Shown piece after piece: positions 50,652 to 60,609 of a stretch of DNA of 64,000 bases. Source of the stretch: Candidatus Poribacteria bacterium (lineage in GTDB: Bacteria > Poribacteria > WGA-4E > WGA-3G); contig OZ243938.1 in NCBI GenBank assembly GCA_965214095.1, positions 1,120,001-1,184,000 on the forward strand. The letters are read 5' to 3'. The notes under the pieces were generated by a model, which ran no database searches, was not told the DNA's origin, and saw only the letters and a program-made list of their open reading frames with translations. The position numbers and the translations under genes are program-made. How positions within the stretch are numbered: position 1 is the first letter of the stretch; every line of letters starts with the position of its first letter.

Positions 50652-50789
50652 TCGTAGTAAAAACCATAATTATTTACACATTACGGTAGGTTCGGTTCCT
50701 AACCGAACCGGTGTATGTTCGGTGACGTAGATGCGGTTAGGAAACCGCATTTACCGGGAATGTGTGCATATTTCTTGATTTCACTATAA
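50652..50789. mobile_element. Miniature element, copy 2 (TTATAGT TIRs plus GTAG REP pair)
   Basis: TAGTAAAAACCATAATTATTTAC...GTAGGTTCGGTTCCTAACCGAACC...GTAGATGCGGTTAGGAAACCGCAT...TTTCACTATAA; collinear with 31098-31237. Confidence 0.88.
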
Positions 50790-50975
50790 TCTTCATTCAA
50801 GGATATCACCCAAAAACATTTTTCACCAATATGCACCCAAATTGAACCTAAACCACGTCATTTATAATAAATACGTACTGATGGTGTTCTGTTTGACATC
50901 AATCTAAATGATATCAAGTAGATTACACATTAACTAATTGATTCGTATACAATATTTCCAATTAGGAAGTAGTTT

Positions 50976-53900
50976 ATGAAGAATAATGACGTCGAATTAA
51001 TCCAAAGTGTTCTGAATGGCGACGAAAACGCTTTCTCCACATTAGTTCAAAAATATCAGAAGCAAGTTCATGCACTCGCTTGGCGGAAAATTGGTGACTT
51101 TCATATTGCTGAAGAGATTACACAGGATACATTTCTGAAGGCATATCAGAAACTCGCAACGCTTAAACAGCCACACCGATTTGCTGGATGGCTATATGTT
51201 ATTGCAACACGCTGCTGTCATGACAAACTCCGAAAGAAGCAAATTGAGACTGAATCACTTGAGGAAATGGATTATGAAGCAATAGAGACAGATGCATACT
51301 CCCGATATGTCGTTGCGCAGAAAACTAAACTAACCGTTGAAGCACAACGCGGCGTGGTCAAAAGACTGCTTGCCAGCTTACCAGAAAGCGAACGTACGGT
51401 AGTAACACTCCACTATTTCGGAGAGATGACCTGTGAAAGAATGAGTGAATTTTTGGGTGTATCGGTAAATACGATCAAGAGTCGTCTACGTAGAGCCAGA
51501 AACCGGTTGAAGAAGGAGGAACCTATGATACGTGAGGCAATTAGCAACTTCCAAATCTCACCGAACTTGACAGAGAACATAATGAAAGAAGTCACCCGGA
51601 TAAAACTGACTCCACCTGTGAGCAGCAAACCAGTTATTCCATGGGTTATTGGCGTTTCAAGTGCAGTACTAATTGTGATAATACTTGGAATAAGCAGCCA
51701 ATACTTATCCCATTTTCAGAAACCTTATAGTTTGGATGCACAGTCTGAGATGGCTGTAGACATCGTTGATTCTCCAATTGTCAAGAATTTTGAAACGAAA
51801 CAGGACATCCGAAACCAACATGGGAAACTTGCTGAAAATCGTGGTAGTGAGGATGGTAATGGAGATGAATCGAATCAAGTCTTAGGTGACCAAGGCAGCT
51901 ATGCAAGATGGAGTTTGCCTGAAAAGGCGAAATTGCGTCTTGGAAAGGGTGTTGTTAGCAACTATGAAGGTGACTTAAGTACAATTGGAAGGGGAAGATC
52001 TTACTATTTTACACCGAATAGTTCACAGTTGTTAGTCATGACTTCTGTTGGTATCTGGTCGTATGATGTCCAGTCAGGGAAAGAACTCATGCTATCAACG
52101 GGACGAGGAAGAGGAATGAACAATGTGGTTTTGAGTTCCGACTTACGTACTTTTGCAATTACACATTACAATAAAATAGAATTATGGGATGTTCAATCTA
52201 ATCAACTCAATGCCACGTTTGAAAGTCCTGGCCGAGATACATTAACCACAGTATTTAGTCCTAATGGAAAAATGCTTGCGAGTTCGGGATTTTCAGGAAT
52301 AATAAGGCTATGGGAGACTGAGAACGGATCACATCGTGATATTTCTACCCCACATGAAATCGTAGATAGGGTGATGTTCAGTCCTGACGGTAACACGTTA
52401 GTCAGCAGTAGAAGAGCAGACGTGCGGTTATGGGACACTGCAACAGGAACATTTAAGTTTGGTTTAGAAGATACAACTGGTGTTGATAACATTATATATA
52501 GTTCAGACGGCAGTATTCTTTTTGGCATCAGGAGGCGTGAAGTTCGTTTTTGGGATCCAGAGACAGGTAAGATAGGTATGAAATTGGAATTTGATAGATT
52601 GTTAAATTACTTTAACACCCCATTTGATCTATCACCTGATGGGAAAACGTTTGCAATTGAGGGGACCAATGATTATACAGTTGATTTATATGATACACTG
52701 ACCGGTCAACTGAAGCGATCACTTACCGGAGATCCAGCATATAGAAAAGGTAAAATAATGTCCAATGGTGTTCCTAAGTGGGTGGATTATGCTACAAAAG
52801 GTGTTGTATCTGTTGCATTCAGTCCTGATGGACAAATACTTGCAGTTGGGAGTGAGGGGGAAATTGTACTTTGGGATCATGGCACTGGCACACGTAAGTT
52901 AACGCTGACAGGAAAAGGAATATTCTACAACCTAATGTTTAGTCCAAATGGTAGTAACATCATTGCTCGGAATAGGACCAATAAAGATGTTGAGGATTTC
53001 TACCTGTGGAACATAGATACTGTAGAGAAAAATGATTGTAAACCGCAATACACGATCAAAGACCATAGCAGTGAGATTTTTTCTATTGCATTTAATACGG
53101 ATGGGAAAACACTCGTTAGTGCTCATAATTATGAAAAGATGAGACTTTGGGACGTAACGAATGGACAATTAAAAGCAACTTCAAGTGGATATCAGTGGCA
53201 AACGCAGATTATTTCCACAGCATTTTCTCCAAATGGAGAGATATTTGTAGGTTTAAGTATCAACTCACCGAAATCTTATAATATACCGTCAATTCTACTT
53301 TGGGATGCCACGACAGGAGAATACCTGTCATCGCTAACTGGTCATGACAGAGCATTGAGTAATTCGCGTCCTTATGGCCATGGTGGAGGAATTGTATTTA
53401 GTAGCGATGGAAAGACTATGGTTAGCGGAAGCACTGATGGAACAGTTCGACTATGGAATATGAAAACAAAAAAAGGAAAGGCAACAGGTAGCCTAATGGC
53501 ATCCCTTGAAGGGCACACAGCTTCAGTACTTTGTGTTGGTTTGAGTCCTGATGGAAATATTATCGCAAGCGGAAGTGAAGACAAAACCACTCGATTATGG
53601 GATTTACGTCATCGTAAACTAATTGCCACACTTGAAGGACATACAAACTCTATTCTGAGAGTTGCATTTGATCCTTATGGATCCGCGCTTGCAACAGGAT
53701 GCCGCGATGGTTCTATTCATCTATGGGATCCTACAACCGGCAAACACAAAGCATCTCTGAAAGGAAATAAACTTTTTACAAGTCCAGCGAGTTTGCCACG
53801 TAAGAAAAATGATCCAGCATATATTAAAGGATATTCGCATGGACCTGTCAATTCAATCGTATTCAGTCCAGACGGAAAAACGCTTATAAGTGGTGATGCG

Positions 53901-54056
53901 ATGAATATTTATTTCTGGGACATGAATACGCACCGAATCAAATCAACCGTTTCAGGACATCAAGGCTTATTCTCACTTGCTCTAAGTCCTGATGGACGCA
54001 CAATTGCAAGTGGAAGTTCTGACGGCACAGTCCTTATCTGGGATGTGAAACCTTAA
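50976..54056 (+). CDS. ECF sigma-70 factor fused to a TM helix and WD40 repeats
   Basis: AEEITQDTFLKAY, FAGWLYVIA, TIKSRLRRARNRL; TM WVIGVSSAVLIVIILGI; many FSPDG...WD repeats. Confidence 0.93.
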   Translation: MKNNDVELIQSVLNGDENAFSTLVQKYQKQVHALAWRKIGDFHIAEEITQDTFLKAYQKLATLKQPHRFAGWLYVIATRCCHDKLRKKQIETESLEEMDYEAIETDAYSRYVVAQKTKLTVEAQRGVVKRLLASLPESERTVVTLHYFGEMTCERMSEFLGVSVNTIKSRLRRARNRLKKEEPMIREAISNFQISPNLTENIMKEVTRIKLTPPVSSKPVIPWVIGVSSAVLIVIILGISSQYLSHFQKPYSLDAQSEMAVDIVDSPIVKNFETKQDIRNQHGKLAENRGSEDGNGDESNQVLGDQGSYARWSLPEKAKLRLGKGVVSNYEGDLSTIGRGRSYYFTPNSSQLLVMTSVGIWSYDVQSGKELMLSTGRGRGMNNVVLSSDLRTFAITHYNKIELWDVQSNQLNATFESPGRDTLTTVFSPNGKMLASSGFSGIIRLWETENGSHRDISTPHEIVDRVMFSPDGNTLVSSRRADVRLWDTATGTFKFGLEDTTGVDNIIYSSDGSILFGIRRREVRFWDPETGKIGMKLEFDRLLNYFNTPFDLSPDGKTFAIEGTNDYTVDLYDTLTGQLKRSLTGDPAYRKGKIMSNGVPKWVDYATKGVVSVAFSPDGQILAVGSEGEIVLWDHGTGTRKLTLTGKGIFYNLMFSPNGSNIIARNRTNKDVEDFYLWNIDTVEKNDCKPQYTIKDHSSEIFSIAFNTDGKTLVSAHNYEKMRLWDVTNGQLKATSSGYQWQTQIISTAFSPNGEIFVGLSINSPKSYNIPSILLWDATTGEYLSSLTGHDRALSNSRPYGHGGGIVFSSDGKTMVSGSTDGTVRLWNMKTKKGKATGSLMASLEGHTASVLCVGLSPDGNIIASGSEDKTTRLWDLRHRKLIATLEGHTNSILRVAFDPYGSALATGCRDGSIHLWDPTTGKHKASLKGNKLFTSPASLPRKKNDPAYIKGYSHGPVNSIVFSPDGKTLISGDAMNIYFWDMNTHRIKSTVSGHQGLFSLALSPDGRTIASGSSDGTVLIWDVKP

Positions 54057-54154
54057 AGAAACTAAAAGGTCTATTTATTGGCTGGACTTAGAGTTCACTA
54101 ATACAATTTCTATATAATGAAATAGTAGAATCACACTGAATAAGGAAATCTCTT

Positions 54155-54353
54155 ATGAATTTCAGAATGTGCTTAATATATTCAACATTCTTATTTCACA
54201 TTGCATGCCTCTTTAACTGTAATTCGCCACCAGATAAGTTAGAGGAAATGGTCTTACAAGTCATACCATCTATATGGAAGCTATAGGTCATATATTCCAT
54301 CTGCAAACAAAGAAGATATAGGGTTCCGTTGTGTCAGACCTGTAAAACCGTGA
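54155..54353 (+). pseudogene. Internally deleted FGE-sulfatase-family gene
   Basis: AAGGA SD plus MNFRMCLIYSTFLFHIACLFNCNSPPDKLEEMVL, joined out of frame to YKSYHLYGSYRSYIPSANKEDIGFRCVRPVKP*. Confidence 0.7.
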
Positions 54354-55868
54354 TTATTGAATATAAACAGCGATAATTGCTTCTGCCAGACTTTCTATAG
54401 CCGCTTCTTTTGCCACTAAATCAACTTGTAAACCGTGTTCCTCAGCAGTTGCTTTAGTTGATGGACCGATAACAGCAACCCTAACCTTGCTAAGCAAATC
54501 TTTTGCTGTGTGGTGGGGAAACATCTCAACGAAGTTGGTAACAGTTGAGGAACTAGTAAAAGTGACCACATCAATTCTGCCATCTAAAAGGTCTTTTTCA
54601 AGAACATCGTTGTCATCACTGTGCACTTTGACAGTATCATATATCGGAAGATCGTCAACCACAGCACCTTTGTGATGTAGCGCATCAGGTAAGTTTGCAT
54701 TTGCGATTTTTGCTCTCGGTAGCAAAACTTTCTGACCATTCACATCATCAATCTCTGTTGCAATAACACTTGCTTGAGATTGAGAGGGAATGAAATCAGG
54801 ATTTATTCCTATGGTATTTAATGCTGCAATGGTCTTTGGTCCAACAGCACAGATTTTGCAACCACCGAATGCTCGCGTATCCAAGCCTTTATCCCGTATG
54901 TGTTGATAGTATATCTCAACAGCATTGACACTCGTAAATATCACCCAGTCATATTCTTTAGGAGAAGGTATGTCTGAACAATGTCCTTCAAGTGGGTGAA
55001 TTTCAATGGTAGGGAATTGAATGACTTCTGCCCCGTTCTCCTCAAGCATATCAGCAAATTCACTTGCTTGTGCCCGCGCACGGGTTACAAGGATTCGCTT
55101 GCTAAATAGTGGCTTGTTATCAAACCATCGGAGTTGTTCTCGTAAACTGTTAACCTCACCGACAACGATTAAGGCTGGACTTTTCAGTTTTGCAGATTCA
55201 GCTTTTTCCACAATATCTGCAAGTGTGCCTTGAACAACAAATTGTTGTGGTGTCGTTCCAACGCGAACCAAACTCACAGGTGTCCCTGCATCTCGTCCAT
55301 ACTTCATAAGACGATCAACAATCTGACTGAGATGTGCTACACCCATATAGACTACGAGGGTGTCAACGGCTTTTGCGAGATATTTCCAATTGATGTTGGA
55401 ATCGGGATGAAGTGCTGCGGAGTGTCCTGTAACAAATGCTACTGAAGAAGCATAATCACGATGCGTAACAGGTATACCAGCATAAGCAGATGCGGCAACG
55501 GCAGAAGTTACACCCGGAACAACTTCAAACGGAATACCCGCTTCTACGAGTGCCATCGCTTCTTCTCCTCCGCGTCCGAAAATATACGGGTCTCCCCCTT
55601 TCAGACGAACAACCACCTTGCCTGCTTTGGCATGTTGGATAAGGAGTCTGTTGAGTTCTGCTTGACGTGTAGCACGGATTCTTGGGTCAGGAGCTTTGAT
55701 CTTTTCGGTGAGCGGTGGACAATGTTCAAGCAATACATCGTTCAATAACAAATCGTAGATAACTACATCTGCTTTCTGCAGACATTCTAACCCTTTTACA
55801 GTAATTAGTTTCTTATCACCTGGACCAGCACCTACAATATAAACGATACCTGTTTCAGTTGTATTCAT
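54354..55868 (-). CDS. cobA: Uroporphyrinogen-III C-methyltransferase/synthase fusion (CobA-HemD)
   Basis: [29 protein letters not shown]; HemD motifs FTSVNAV and FTSSSTV. Confidence 0.95.
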   Translation of the reverse strand: MNTTETGIVYIVGAGPGDKKLITVKGLECLQKADVVIYDLLLNDVLLEHCPPLTEKIKAPDPRIRATRQAELNRLLIQHAKAGKVVVRLKGGDPYIFGRGGEEAMALVEAGIPFEVVPGVTSAVAASAYAGIPVTHRDYASSVAFVTGHSAALHPDSNINWKYLAKAVDTLVVYMGVAHLSQIVDRLMKYGRDAGTPVSLVRVGTTPQQFVVQGTLADIVEKAESAKLKSPALIVVGEVNSLREQLRWFDNKPLFSKRILVTRARAQASEFADMLEENGAEVIQFPTIEIHPLEGHCSDIPSPKEYDWVIFTSVNAVEIYYQHIRDKGLDTRAFGGCKICAVGPKTIAALNTIGINPDFIPSQSQASVIATEIDDVNGQKVLLPRAKIANANLPDALHHKGAVVDDLPIYDTVKVHSDDNDVLEKDLLDGRIDVVTFTSSSTVTNFVEMFPHHTAKDLLSKVRVAVIGPSTKATAEEHGLQVDLVAKEAAIESLAEAIIAVYIQ

Positions 55869-55889
55869 GTGTGTTTTCTTCTGATATTA

Positions 55890-56801
55890 TTAGGAATTCA
55901 GGAGTTCTCTTGCGCCCCTATTTAGCAATTTTTCTGCAACAACACCACCTAATTGTTGTGGACTATCAATTTCCCCAGATTCCATTTCAACAATCCGGTT
56001 TTTACCTTCAGGATGGCATACTGTAGCAATGATTGAAAGTTCACCATCTTTGTTTTTTGCATAAACACCGATAGGAAGTTGACATCCTCCACCAAGATGC
56101 TCCAACACAGTTCTCTCAGCAGTGATTTCAGCAGTAGTCGTAGGATCATTCAGAGGTGCAAGCAGTTCTTTAGTGTCAACATCGTTCTCTCGTGTTTCAA
56201 TAGCGAGTGCCCCCTGTCCAACAGCAGGTATCATCTGATCAACATCAAAATATTGTGTGATAACATCGTGCTTATTGAGACGTTTTAACCCAGCTGCAGC
56301 AAGTATAATCCCATCAAGTTCTGTCTCATGCAGTTTCCGTAAACGTGTATCAACATTCCCACGAACATCAATGATGTTCAATTCTGGACATAGATACAGG
56401 AGTTGTGCTTTGCGCCTTGGACTTGTAGTGCCGATTATTGCTCCGTTGTGTAATTTCTGTAATGAAACACCTGTAGAGGTTATAAGCACATCGCGCGGAT
56501 CCTCGCGTGAAGGGATAGCTGCAATATGTAATCCATTTGGTAATTCTATGGGTAGGTCTTTAAGGCTATGAACAGCAAGGTCTATTTCATCATTTAACAA
56601 CGCTATTTCAATCTCTTTGGTAAAAACACCTTTTCCAAGTCCAACTAAAGAACGATTCTGGATAGTGTCTCCGGTGGTTTTGATGATCTTAAGTTTGATT
56701 TCAACATTAGGGAAATGTTGTGATAATTCCTGCTTAACATATTCTGCTTGCCAGAGGGCGAGTTGACTACCACGCGTGCCTATAGTAACAGAATTAGTCA
56801 T
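55890..56801 (-). CDS. hemC: Hydroxymethylbilane synthase
   Basis: GTRGSQLALWQ, KGVFTKEIE, VHSLKD, RGNVDTRL, GGCQLP. Confidence 0.97.
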   Translation of the reverse strand: MTNSVTIGTRGSQLALWQAEYVKQELSQHFPNVEIKLKIIKTTGDTIQNRSLVGLGKGVFTKEIEIALLNDEIDLAVHSLKDLPIELPNGLHIAAIPSREDPRDVLITSTGVSLQKLHNGAIIGTTSPRRKAQLLYLCPELNIIDVRGNVDTRLRKLHETELDGIILAAAGLKRLNKHDVITQYFDVDQMIPAVGQGALAIETRENDVDTKELLAPLNDPTTTAEITAERTVLEHLGGGCQLPIGVYAKNKDGELSIIATVCHPEGKNRIVEMESGEIDSPQQLGGVVAEKLLNRGARELLNS

Positions 56802-58099
56802 TTCTGTTCCTTTTCATTATCTGCATCCAATGCAAACAAGTCTTGAAGTGCTTGAACATATTCTCCATGATCTGACAATCCATCATGAACAGCATTGCGT
56901 AGATTTTCGACTGGGAGGTGCAGCAGTTTTTTGATAATCGCTTGTGTCATCGCTGCAGCGTCGGCTTCCTGAGTATTGGATAATCCTGTTTTGTCAAGGA
57001 ATGACTGCAGTTCCGTATCAGCAACCGCTTGAAATTGCTGATGTAAAGCTTTGATCGTTGGATTGACTTCAAGTATTTTTAAGTGATCATGGAACCGTTT
57101 CGCTTCTTGGGTAACTATCAGTTCTGCACGCGTTGCTTCTTGTTGTCTATCCTTGAGATTTGACGCAACTACAGCCTCTAAATCATCAATGTTATACAAG
57201 AATGCCTGGTTGATTTTACTAACATCCGGTTCAATATCACGCGGAACAGCAATGTCAATGAGAAACATATATCGGTGTTTCCGTTTTCTCATGATGTCAG
57301 CGAGTGGTTTACGTTCAATAAGATAATGTGGTGCATCTGTAGAACTAATTACTATGTCCGCATTAATAAGAAAATTGAGATCGTCTTCATAAGCAACAGG
57401 GGTACCTTTGAACTTTTCAGCAATATTCACTGCTTTTTGAAATGTGCGGTTTGCGACTATAACCTTATTTACACCGTTAGCAACGAGATGTTTTGCAGTC
57501 AATTCGCTCATTTCACCTGCGCCTAAAATTGCGACTGTTTTGTCTTCTAAAGTGGTAAATATCTTCTTGGCAAGTTCTACAGCGGCATAACTGATTGAAA
57601 CAGCACCTGTGGCGATAGTCGTCTCTGAACGGATTTTTTTGCCAACGCTGAACGCTTTCGTAAACAGTTTATTCAGTATAGTTCCTGACCCACCAGCCGA
57701 ACGAGAAATGTCATACGCCTCTTTAACTTGTCCCAAAATCTGTGATTCACCAACGACCATCGAATCGAGACTTGATGTTACACGGAATAGATGCTGGATA
57801 GAATCCATGTTGTTATGGAGATAACTCCATTTCTTGAGTGTATCAAGTCCTATGCGGTGATAACGGGATAGAAAGTCGAGAAGTATTTTGGATGGTGCTT
57901 GGTTTATCCGGTGCGTATTTGCAACAGCGTAGACCTCAACTCTGTTACAGGTTGAGAGAATCACAGATTCTTGTAGTGAATAAGAATCGCGAAGTTGATT
58001 GAGAGAGTCGATGAGTTGTTCATCGGAAAAAGCCAATTTTTCTCTGAATTCAATTGGAGCAACATGATGACTTGTTCCGATAGAGACAATCTGGTTCAT
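56798..58099 (-). CDS. hemA: Glutamyl-tRNA reductase
   Basis: LSTCNRVE, LDSMVVGESQILGQ, GAGEMS, DIAVPRD. Confidence 0.97.
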   Translation of the reverse strand: MNQIVSIGTSHHVAPIEFREKLAFSDEQLIDSLNQLRDSYSLQESVILSTCNRVEVYAVANTHRINQAPSKILLDFLSRYHRIGLDTLKKWSYLHNNMDSIQHLFRVTSSLDSMVVGESQILGQVKEAYDISRSAGGSGTILNKLFTKAFSVGKKIRSETTIATGAVSISYAAVELAKKIFTTLEDKTVAILGAGEMSELTAKHLVANGVNKVIVANRTFQKAVNIAEKFKGTPVAYEDDLNFLINADIVISSTDAPHYLIERKPLADIMRKRKHRYMFLIDIAVPRDIEPDVSKINQAFLYNIDDLEAVVASNLKDRQQEATRAELIVTQEAKRFHDHLKILEVNPTIKALHQQFQAVADTELQSFLDKTGLSNTQEADAAAMTQAIIKKLLHLPVENLRNAVHDGLSDHGEYVQALQDLFALDADNEKEQK

Positions 58100-58148
58100 A
58101 GTTCTTACTCAACGTTGATTCTTAATTTCCTAAACCATAAGTTTAAAA

Positions 58149-58177
58149 ATTATATCACAATAAAGTTTAAAAGTCAA
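58149..58177 (-). promoter_or_regulatory. Internal promoter for hemA-hemC-cobA
   Basis: TTGACT-17 bp-TATAAT with extended TG. Confidence 0.7.
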
Positions 58178-58240
58178 ATTTAGCAAATATGGTCATGTCC
58201 CATTAATATCAACCATTGGAGTATTATATTACACACCCTA

Positions 58241-58422
58241 TCATATTGGAAAACAATTCATAATATCGGTTTCAGAAAGTTGTTGGGAAGGAATTGCTTG
58301 AACCACTGGAACGATATAACTCATTATAGTGCATCCATCAATTTCCTCTGTGTCAATAAGCGGATTTAGGTGTTGTCTGTGATCAAATACAATATAATAT
58401 CCTTGAGTTTCTCCTTCCTCAT
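58241..58422 (-). pseudogene. Remnant of an AAA/PD-(D/E)XK gene paralogous to 15611-17206
   Basis: GETQGYYIVFDHRQHLNPLIDTEEIDGCTIMSYIVPVVQAIPS aligns by eye with VQEGYYIVFDHRAEPETRVETETVDEVSIRSYVIPVVQEVPS. Confidence 0.8.
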
Positions 58423-58447
58423 ACGGTTATTTATTGAGAGGCATCAA

Positions 58448-59290
58448 TCATCGGTATGTGTGCACACTGTCTAAAAATAGATTTACACCGATATAAGTAC
58501 ATAGTACTGCGATAAATCCAATGATTTCAGAATACGCTGCTTTCCTACCACGCCATCCCCATAACTGACGTATACTAATTTGAACAACATAAATAAACCA
58601 AGTTACTATTGTAAAAAGAACTTTTGCATCAAGCCATCTCCACTTCACTTCGTCATTGATATACTGCGTCCATAGTGCACCAATTAACACACCTACTGTG
58701 AGCAAAATCACACCGAGGATAGCAAATCTGTGTCCAAACTCATCAGAAGCACCGAGTGAAGGTAGAATGTTATATAAAGGGGTGTGGTTCTTCTGTCTAA
58801 TCTTTTTCTCTGTCAGTAGGAACATTAGGCCAAAACCAAAGGCAGTGATGAATGCTGCATAAGAAAAAAGAATTAATGTTACGTGAGGGACTAACCAATA
58901 GGTTTCTAAGTTTTCTGGTAATTCTGATGTCCCTCTCGAGAAACTATACGAAATCAGGATTGTAATGAACGCTAAAGGCATTATGAAACTACCTATTGCG
59001 CGCAGATGTGGTATTCTACCAACAATCAAATAGATAAGCGTTATTGCCCACGCAAAAAAAGCAGTTGAGTCTGTCCACCGTGTCATAGGGAAATGTCCCT
59101 GCTGTGTCCACCATACAACTATAAATAGTGTCAGTAGACCAAATCCAAGACACGTAATCGCATAAGCAATGTGGGCAATTGTAGGTCTTAGTGCGGGAGT
59201 TTCAGTCTGTTTCCCTAAAACAAGATATCCAGCTTGGAATATGCTTGCTGCTAAATATACTAAAACTGTTACAAGAAATAGAAAATGCAT
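58448..59290 (-). CDS. ccsA: Cytochrome c assembly protein CcsA / HemX-like membrane protein
   Basis: GHFP, WLVPHV, GALW...WRWLDAK, GWRGRKAA, terminal H; start MHFLF (the upstream extension lies in a miniature element). Confidence 0.85.
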   Translation of the reverse strand: MHFLFLVTVLVYLAASIFQAGYLVLGKQTETPALRPTIAHIAYAITCLGFGLLTLFIVVWWTQQGHFPMTRWTDSTAFFAWAITLIYLIVGRIPHLRAIGSFIMPLAFITILISYSFSRGTSELPENLETYWLVPHVTLILFSYAAFITAFGFGLMFLLTEKKIRQKNHTPLYNILPSLGASDEFGHRFAILGVILLTVGVLIGALWTQYINDEVKWRWLDAKVLFTIVTWFIYVVQISIRQLWGWRGRKAAYSEIIGFIAVLCTYIGVNLFLDSVHTYR

Positions 59291-59308
59291 AGTTTTCTGG
59301 TTTGACTT

Positions 59309-59399
59309 ATACCAAATTAACCTAAATCGTAGGGGCAAGGTTCCCTGCCCACCCGTGTTCTCAGTATCAAAAACAGGACAGATCTCGTTAATTTGGTAT
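59309..59399. mobile_element. Miniature element with 13-bp TIRs and a GTAG REP
   Basis: ATACCAAATTAAC / GTTAATTTGGTAT; inner GTAGGGGCAAGGTTCCCTGCCC; solo end ATACCAAATTAA at 62913-62924. Confidence 0.75.
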
Positions 59400-59407
59400 T
59401 ATAGGTT

Positions 59408-60559
59408 TCAACTTTGAGTCGTTAATTGTTTTGAAATAAAGTTTTGTGCTTGATCAGTTTTACCGTGTCGCACCCAGTTAAACAAACATTCAGAATTACA
59501 CTCAAGGTTATCAAGACCGAGACAGCATTCTTCATGTTGTGAAGTGTTTTCAACATGTCCAATGAGTGCCTCTAAGAAATCTTTTCGCTTATCCGGTGTG
59601 GAAAGTGCATCAAGAACTTCTGGACGATATCTGCCAAGAATATCAATAAAATCACCGTATCCGTTGTTTTCAAACTGGTTTTTTAGTCTGTCATAAATGC
59701 TATCTGTTAATGCATGATCTAATCCATTTTTAGCAGAGATACTGATTATCAGATTGTCATCAATTACCAGTTTCGGAGTGATAAATGTTCCTGCGTTTGG
59801 ACTATCAAGCGACTCATAGATGAAATTCGCTTCTCTATCACCCGATAAACCCAAATAAGACCTTTTCTCGGCAATTACCAGAAATGCATCTTCAATATCT
59901 TGGTATTTTACCAATTTAGGGTCAAAACAGGCAACATCTGCACCACATTTGCGAAGTAAAAAGATACGGCTTTCTATTTCTGATGTTTTATCCTCACACA
60001 ACACAACACATTTTCTTTTGTCCAACAAGAGATAAACAGGATAAGGTAACAACTGGTTTTCTATAGGTATTGGTTCATTGTTTTCATATCCAAGTGTATA
60101 TAATGAGGATGTGTTCAGCATCGTCTCAAGATGTTCGCGGATACGTCGACTTGTAGCAGGACTTTTTCCACTTGTAGATATGCTTATGACTAACTCACCA
60201 TCCGTTACAACAGATGCGGCAGCAAAAGTGCATTGTGGAATTACATCCACTACGTTGACTAATCGTGTCTTGTATTTATCATGTGCTTCTGTGAAGGCTG
60301 TGGTGTTTATAGAGGTATCATCCGTTGCAGCACAAACAAGGAAATAATCTTTCGTATCACCTTCAATTAAGTGTCGTTTGTGCCATACAATTTGTCCGAT
60401 GTCAGATAGAAATGCAACTAACGCCGTTGTGTCAGGACTAATTACTGTTACATGTGCACCACTAATTAGCATGGAAACAACTTTGCGTTCAGCAACTGTA
60501 CCACCACCTACAACTAAACAATTTTGATTCTGAAGATTTAAGTGTGCAGGGTAGAACAT
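59408..60559 (-). CDS. sirC: Precorrin-2 dehydrogenase/sirohydrochlorin ferrochelatase (SirC/CysG-B/Met8-like), internally duplicated
   Basis: YPAHL...LVVGGGTVAERK, VNVVD, ISTSGKSP; degenerate second copy from YPVYLLLD. Confidence 0.82.
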   Translation of the reverse strand: MFYPAHLNLQNQNCLVVGGGTVAERKVVSMLISGAHVTVISPDTTALVAFLSDIGQIVWHKRHLIEGDTKDYFLVCAATDDTSINTTAFTEAHDKYKTRLVNVVDVIPQCTFAAASVVTDGELVISISTSGKSPATSRRIREHLETMLNTSSLYTLGYENNEPIPIENQLLPYPVYLLLDKRKCVVLCEDKTSEIESRIFLLRKCGADVACFDPKLVKYQDIEDAFLVIAEKRSYLGLSGDREANFIYESLDSPNAGTFITPKLVIDDNLIISISAKNGLDHALTDSIYDRLKNQFENNGYGDFIDILGRYRPEVLDALSTPDKRKDFLEALIGHVENTSQHEECCLGLDNLECNSECLFNWVRHGKTDQAQNFISKQLTTQS

Positions 60560-60609
60560 TAGGATACAGAATTGTAAAGTGCAATCAGTATAACAGAATA
60601 TAGGAAATG

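Noticed and set aside
50527-50652. Possible minus-strand gene remnant (...NGMKNVRGAMNDAVNDIECIYRS*) cut by the miniature element
   Set aside because: Looks coding-like but I cannot assign a family; needs BLASTx.
54238-54353. FGE C-terminal fragment as a DGR template repeat for 344-1141
   Set aside because: Not AAC-rich, no nucleotide similarity to the 3' end of 344-1141 beyond GFRC, and no reverse transcriptase in the window.
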